From: Sminthopsis crassicaudata
Lineage: Eukaryota
Reading direction: 5' to 3'
Assembly: GCF_048593235.1 (NCBI RefSeq)
Contig: NC_133620.1
Location: forward strand, 442,523,261-442,587,260
DNA: 64,000 nt
Positions 58,906-64,000 of this stretch are shown piece by piece; positions within the stretch are counted from its first letter, which is position 1, and each line of letters starts with the position of its first letter. A model generated the notes under the pieces. It saw nothing but the letters and a program-made list of their open reading frames with translations. It did no database searches and was not told the DNA's origin. The translations under genes were made by a program, and so were the position numbers.

Positions 58906-61900
58906 TAATAATCTCATACTTGGGAAAATTAAGAGTTCTTTATTATGAAAGGATACTTAAGGGTCATAAAAAAAATGCACCTCCAGAAATGTGTTAAGTT
59001 TAAGAGTGACAGATCATAAATCCCTTGACTGAGAGACTAGGGCTGCAGTTAATTATAAGAAGACATATGTGCATACATAAGCTTGCCTTCCAAGAAATTC
59101 TCAGTAATTGCATGGAAGTTATATGTCACAGTTAAAGCACTAAGCCAGTAAACCATTAGACTAGACAATCAGGTGTTAACATCAAGTATATATTTGCCTG
59201 TATTACAGTGTATAGGTTGATCTAGCTTTAAAGCTATCCAGATTTTTGTGTGTGAAGATTCTGGTTTCCCCTATAATTGAGTTGAGGTCTTCCCCAACTA
59301 GCCCTTCCTGCTCACTTGTCCTGCCGATAAGGGCAAGAGCAACAGTAGTAGTGATAATAGTTTAGTAAGGACTGCTTTCATTTCCAAAGCCTTGTCAGAG
59401 GGACCTTTTGTGATGAGCTAGTTTGAATTTTATAAATAAGGGAATAGATAAGTTCAATGACTTGTCCAGGATCACCCATCTTGTAACAAGCAGATTTAGT
59501 TAAAACTTCTATTTCTAAATTTGATGTTCTTTCATATGTTATGCTATGTGAGTGAGAGGTCTGAGTAGGACACTGGGACAGCTTGGGGTAAAGGAAGCTG
59601 CCCTGTCAGCTGCCAGAGCCTGGAAGCTGGGGAATGCCCTGGACCCGTCAGCCGCAGAAGGAACCAACGTGGGGGAGCCAAACGGCACTTCAACGTCTCC
59701 CGTGTACCCAGCTGGTGAATTTACTCTTACTTTAGGGAAGAGATTTGTTTTTGACCTTAAATTAATTTACTTAAACCTGATGTACATTAGTGTTGATTGT
59801 CAAGGAGGTTCATCTCAAGGCACCCTGGCTCTGCTCAACCTCATCTGCCTTTTCCTCCTCCGTAGGTGATTCCCACACTTCACCAGTACAGTTCTCCAAT
59901 TCCACCACCTCCGTGCTGGCCACCCTGGCCGCTCTGGCGGAGGCGTCGGCGCCCCTTTCCAACTCCCATAGAACCCCAGGTAAGTGAGGGAACACAGGAC
60001 TAGTGACTAGTTCCTTTTTATTTTTTCAGATCTAATTTGCATGAAAAGAAAAAGAATTATGTTTAATTAGAGGCAGCTCCAAAAAAAGGTAATGTGAATT
60101 ATTAATTGAACATCAGAGAGAAAAGAAAGTTGCTCAGTGATGTAATCAGTCAGCTGAATAATCCCAAGGAATGTGACTCATTTCTCTGTGCCTCTGCAAC
60201 CTTGGTGTGTCAGCTGGGACGCCAGTCGCTTCACATTGAATGAAGTGTTTTAATTTGTATTAAATGATCTTGAGAGAGATTGTATGGCATGTTTTGACTC
60301 TGATGCTCTTAGTCTGAATTGCTGGCTGAGATGTCTTGTATCAAAATAGATAGGAACATTGCCTGTCTCTGCCTTGGCGTGTGTGCTCCGGCTTGTCTGG
60401 GGATTTTCCTTCTGCTGGTTGTATGGCAGTGAGGGAGGGCACTTCCCAAAAGCCTTCCAGCCTTTGAGCCTGGGCCACAAGAAAAGAGCTACAGTTTGGA
60501 GGGTGAGAGGAGGTCATCCAGGAATATTTTAGGAATCCCCCCAACCCCCAGGGAACCTTATAATTTGCACATAGAAATAGTTCTGATTTCTCTCCAACAC
60601 TAACACTTGAATAGTGATGATGATAATGTCACCATTTGGTAAACTTCATTAAGTCTGCTCTGCTGGTGGTCTGCTTGGGGACCAAATGTCAGTCCCCACC
60701 TTCAGTAAGCTTCCCTTGTCCCCAGAGCTGTGATGTGTGTGCAGAGACATCATTGTGGGGATGTTTGGGAGGGAGAGCACTGGCAAAGGGAGAGAAGGCC
60801 GCGTGGCTGAATCCTCCGAGGGAGCTGGGGAGCTGAGGGATGAAGTGGAGCTGCATTCCGGGCACAATAGAAGTCTTGCAGGAAGCGGGCCTCGAGGCTT
60901 AGGGGCAGCTGCTCATTGGCCCAGCGTGGCCGGCTCATGGCGGGCACTGGGCAGGAAAGGTAGTGCTGATGTGATTACGAGGGGCTGCAGAGCTGGGTCA
61001 GATAGGAAAGGGCTGTGATCAGACCAGGACTTTATGAAGACTGTTTAACTGACTCTTGTCTAATCCTCGGGACTCCGGAGGAGGCCTGTGCTTGTGCCAG
61101 CTTCTAATTCTCCTATGGAAGTACTCAAGTATATTTAATCCAGATATTGTGGGCTGCTAACTAAGCTGCGCCCTGGACTTCATGGACTTATCTCCTCGCT
61201 CTGGGCACTCTTCCCCCTCCCCCAGGTCGTCTGGAGCGTGCCCCTCCTCCTCTCACCTGTCAGAGGCTGGGTCTTCAGCACTTGGGCCACAGCTAGACCT
61301 CCCTCTGATTCCCCCCCTTCCCAAGAACCTTTCCCTTTTCAGTCTGTCTTCTGCCATATACGTTCCTGTTCTCCCTGAACACTCCAAGAAGCTTCTTGAG
61401 GGTGGGAATGGCATTCTGGACTTTCCCTGTAAGTTCCTAGTCCCGGCTTAATTCCTCGTATGTAACAGGTGCCTGATTCAGCAGCCTCCATCTGGAAAGT
61501 GCGTCCTGTGTACAAAGTGACAACAGCTGAGGAAATTGAAAAGCTTTGTCATCAGACCAGCTTAAGTTAAAGGAGCAAACCTTTGGACGTGTGGTTCTTT
61601 ATTTCTTACCTTCAGCAGGAGCATTTTGTCGGGTTCATTTAGAAGTGCCTCTTTCCAGAGTTGCTTTTTTGTTGTTATTGTTGCGTGAGCCAGCGTTATT
61701 TTCTCCTCATTACTGGCACCAGAATCTTGTGACTCACTCATAAATTGTTCATTATAACAGGATTTTCAGGTTTCATCTGATTTTTGAATATTGTTGTTTC
61801 AAGAAGACATTCAACTATATTTTTTTAAGTGCTAGATTGAAAAAAAAAAAAAAACCCTTATACTCTCTTATTTCTAGCCAATTCAGAAGAAATCATGGAG

Positions 61901-63987
61901 GCAAATTCTGTTGACTCAGCAATCCAGCAAGTGGTGGGGAGTGGAGGCCAAAGGGTCATCACCATAGTGACAGATGGAGCTGCCCTGGGTAACCTCCAGA
62001 CTGCTATTCCCACCGGTGGTATTGGCCACCCATTCATTGTGACTATGCAAGATGGACAGCAAGGTGAGCTGCCCCATTCGGAAGGTTATCCATTGGAAGA
62101 CAGAACAGAAATTAAATTCTCTTGAATATAAAAAGAAAGTTAGGATGTGTATGGACTGGTCGAGATTGCATGATGCTGCAAAGATTGGCATAAAAATAAC
62201 GTCAGGCTGTCTCAGCTTCCTTCACTCTTTCTAAAAATGTCTTGGGGTGAGAAGAGAATCAGCATACTCACCTTTCTCTCTACCGGTATGATTCAGGTGT
62301 CGAGCAAAACTATGACTTCTGTTCAGAATCCCATGCTTTCTTGTTTGCATGATGCTATGTGAGACTTTTCCCTTCCTCCCATTCATTGAAAAAAAAAGGA
62401 ATTTATATCTCTTTTGGGAACAGAAATGTAAAAAAGGAATAAAAACTTTATTTACCGTCAGGTCTTCTCAGGCCTGTTTAGAAAATTATTGATGACAAGC
62501 TCATCTATACAAGTTTATGTTGTCAGATTCTTTTCAGGGTGTAGTTGGTGTGTTTGAGAGCCCTGAATTTGTTGAATGGATGAAAGCTAAATTAATTGGG
62601 ACAAGAGGCTAGATTCATCAGGACTTTTGTCTATTTTTTGAACAGGCTAGTGTTGGAATGAAGTTTATCTACTTACTTCTGATAGCAGCCTGGTGGAGTG
62701 GCTAGAGAACTAGCCTTTAATCAGGAATCCCTAGGATCATGTCCACCCTAAAGACCTGTGGCTATGGGACCCCAGGGCCACTCATGTAACCTTTCAGGGT
62801 TCTGCGCACTTCTCTCGGGCAAACTGCAGAAAGTGCCAACCTGAATTAGGAGAGAGAGTTTCCTATTAGATTGAAATCACAGGTCTAGATCCTGTCCCTA
62901 TCACTAGCTTACTCTTAACAGAAAAATGCATTGAGATAAGGTTGCCCTTGCTATACCATCCAATTTACTTTTGTGAATGGTATCTTTATAGATTGCCTAC
63001 AGCAGATTTTAAGTTCCTAGGTTGATCTCCAGTGGGAGTGGGATTGGGAGAAGGCTTAGATATGTATTGTCAATTGAAATGTATTCAAGGAATACAAATT
63101 AGTTATAGTCAACTTAATTAAAATTAATGAGACAAGTAAATTAGAAGCTGAAATCCAGAAGTCAAAAACAAAAAATCTGAAGGGCAGCTAGGGGGCGCAG
63201 TGGATAGAGCACCAGCCTTGAATTCAGGGGGACCCGAGTTCAAATTTGGTCTCAGACACTTAACACTTCCTAGCTGTGACCCTGGGCAAGTCACTTAACC
63301 CCAGCCTCAGAAAAAGGGAGGGAAAAAAAAATCTGTTTTAGATGATCTTTACCACATTTTACTTCTGTTGATCCAGATAAGCAAAAATTGGTTATAGTAT
63401 TTTTCTCATAAACTGTACCATCTCATCAAGTTTTATCCTATTGTAAATGGTTACTTTTAGGTCTTCTTTAGATTGCTCCTGCTATTTTACTCTGTCTCTG
63501 TTAATCCCATTAGTACATATACCAGTCCATTTCCCAAAATCCTACACCATACTATACAGAAAGGAAAACCAACTCTTTATTCTTGGTTGTTCACCACACA
63601 GCTTGCCCAGCTCCAGTCTTTACAGCTTTAGTAATTTTGACGATGTATCACTACTCCCTTAAGAGCTTTAAAATGTTTCCACAGTCCTATCTAGATTCCC
63701 CAAACAGTGTATATAATAAAAGGCATCAAATTAAATTTTTCAGTATTGATTTGTTTGGGTGGAGAATCCTCAAACCCACAAAAAGCAAGATCTGTAATTT
63801 TTTTCTTGTGTATTTACTTCCTTCCCTTGGTGTCCCTTGGTTTGTAGTTCTAACTGTACCTGCTGGTCAGGTTGCAGAGGAGACCATTATTGAAGAGGAC
63901 ACAGAAGAGGAAGGAGCAGCCGGGGAGCTGCCAGCGGCCAAGAAACCGAGGACAGAAGAGGTGACCGACCCTGTGGAAGAAGGCCAG
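49326..63987 (+). CDS. GABPB2: GABPB2 (GA-binding protein beta-2, ankyrin repeats), 3'-incomplete; join(49326..49433,51705..51872,52421..52615,53695..53845,59866..59979,61878..62063,63848..63987)
   Basis: [36 protein letters not shown]|[14 protein letters not shown]...|[19 protein letters not shown]...|EAMQNQVN...|...[15 protein letters not shown]|[25 protein letters not shown]|[13 protein letters not shown]; phases consistent, 1062 nt. Confidence 0.97.
51705..51872 (+). CDS. GABPB2: GABPB2 exon 3 (ankyrin)
   Basis: ccacag|CTTGGA ... CGG|gtaaag. Confidence 0.96.
52421..52615 (+). CDS. GABPB2: GABPB2 exon 4 (ankyrin)
   Basis: tggcag|AATGGT ... CAG|gtatgt. Confidence 0.96.
53695..53845 (+). 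CDS. GABPB2: GABPB2 exon 5
   Basis: tggcag|GAGGCA ... ACAG|gtaacg. Confidence 0.94.
57100..58800 (-). mobile_element. Old L1 fragments (antisense), ends approximate
   Basis: L1-like minus-strand text (tgtaaatatttttgtacatatg, tttccagtt) in GABPB2 intron 5. Confidence 0.5.
58856..58900. repeat. (CA)~22 microsatellite
   Basis: Seen directly. Confidence 0.95.
59866..59979 (+). CDS. GABPB2: GABPB2 exon 6
   Basis: ccgtag|GTGATT ... CCAG|gtaagt. Confidence 0.95.
61878..62063 (+). CDS. GABPB2: GABPB2 exon 7
   Basis: ttctag|CCAATT ... CAAG|gtgagc. Confidence 0.95.
63180..63325 (+). mobile_element. Young WSINE1-like SINE with 10-bp TSD
   Basis: A box ggcgcagtgg, B box gagttcaaatt; TSD AAAAAATCTG at 63170-63179 and 63326-63335. 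Confidence 0.9.
63848..63987 (+). CDS. GABPB2: GABPB2 exon 8
   Basis: ttgtag|TTCTAA ... CAG|gtaagg. Confidence 0.93.
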
Positions 63988-64000
63988 GTAAGGGACTTGG

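Noticed and set aside
1-64000. tRNA, rRNA, snRNA/snoRNA genes, CRISPR arrays, prokaryotic systems
   Set aside because: None recognised. The tRNA-like A/B boxes belong to SINEs. A covariance-model search (Infernal/Rfam) would be needed to exclude divergent snoRNAs.

Overview
Mammalian genomic DNA, inferred to be marsupial and probably dasyurid from WSINE1/Mar1-type SINEs, an RTE LINE and the L1 ORF2 C-terminus. Gene order matches human 1q21.3: PRUNE1 (last 5 exons, +), BNIPL (10 exons, +), C1orf56/MENT (+), CDC42SE1 (-), MLLT11/AF1q (+) and GABPB2 (+, last exon outside the window). All exons were located by hand from splice sites and phase continuity. Homology calls rely on remembered human protein sequences, not on a database search. 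The main anomaly is MENT: a signal-peptide protein with a ~480-codon interrupted (ELEQQQQ)n involucrin-like expansion, and a frame break just before the conserved Cys-rich domain. An 86-nt GT-AG intron (28227-28312) would repair that break exactly. PRUNE1 intron 6 (14.4 kb) is a nested retroelement stack: L2 and L3 relics, an L1 3' transduction with a second L1 inside it, an RTE with a twin-priming-type 5' inversion, and a perfect 34-bp inverted repeat. There are no prokaryotic features, CRISPR arrays, rRNA or tRNA genes.
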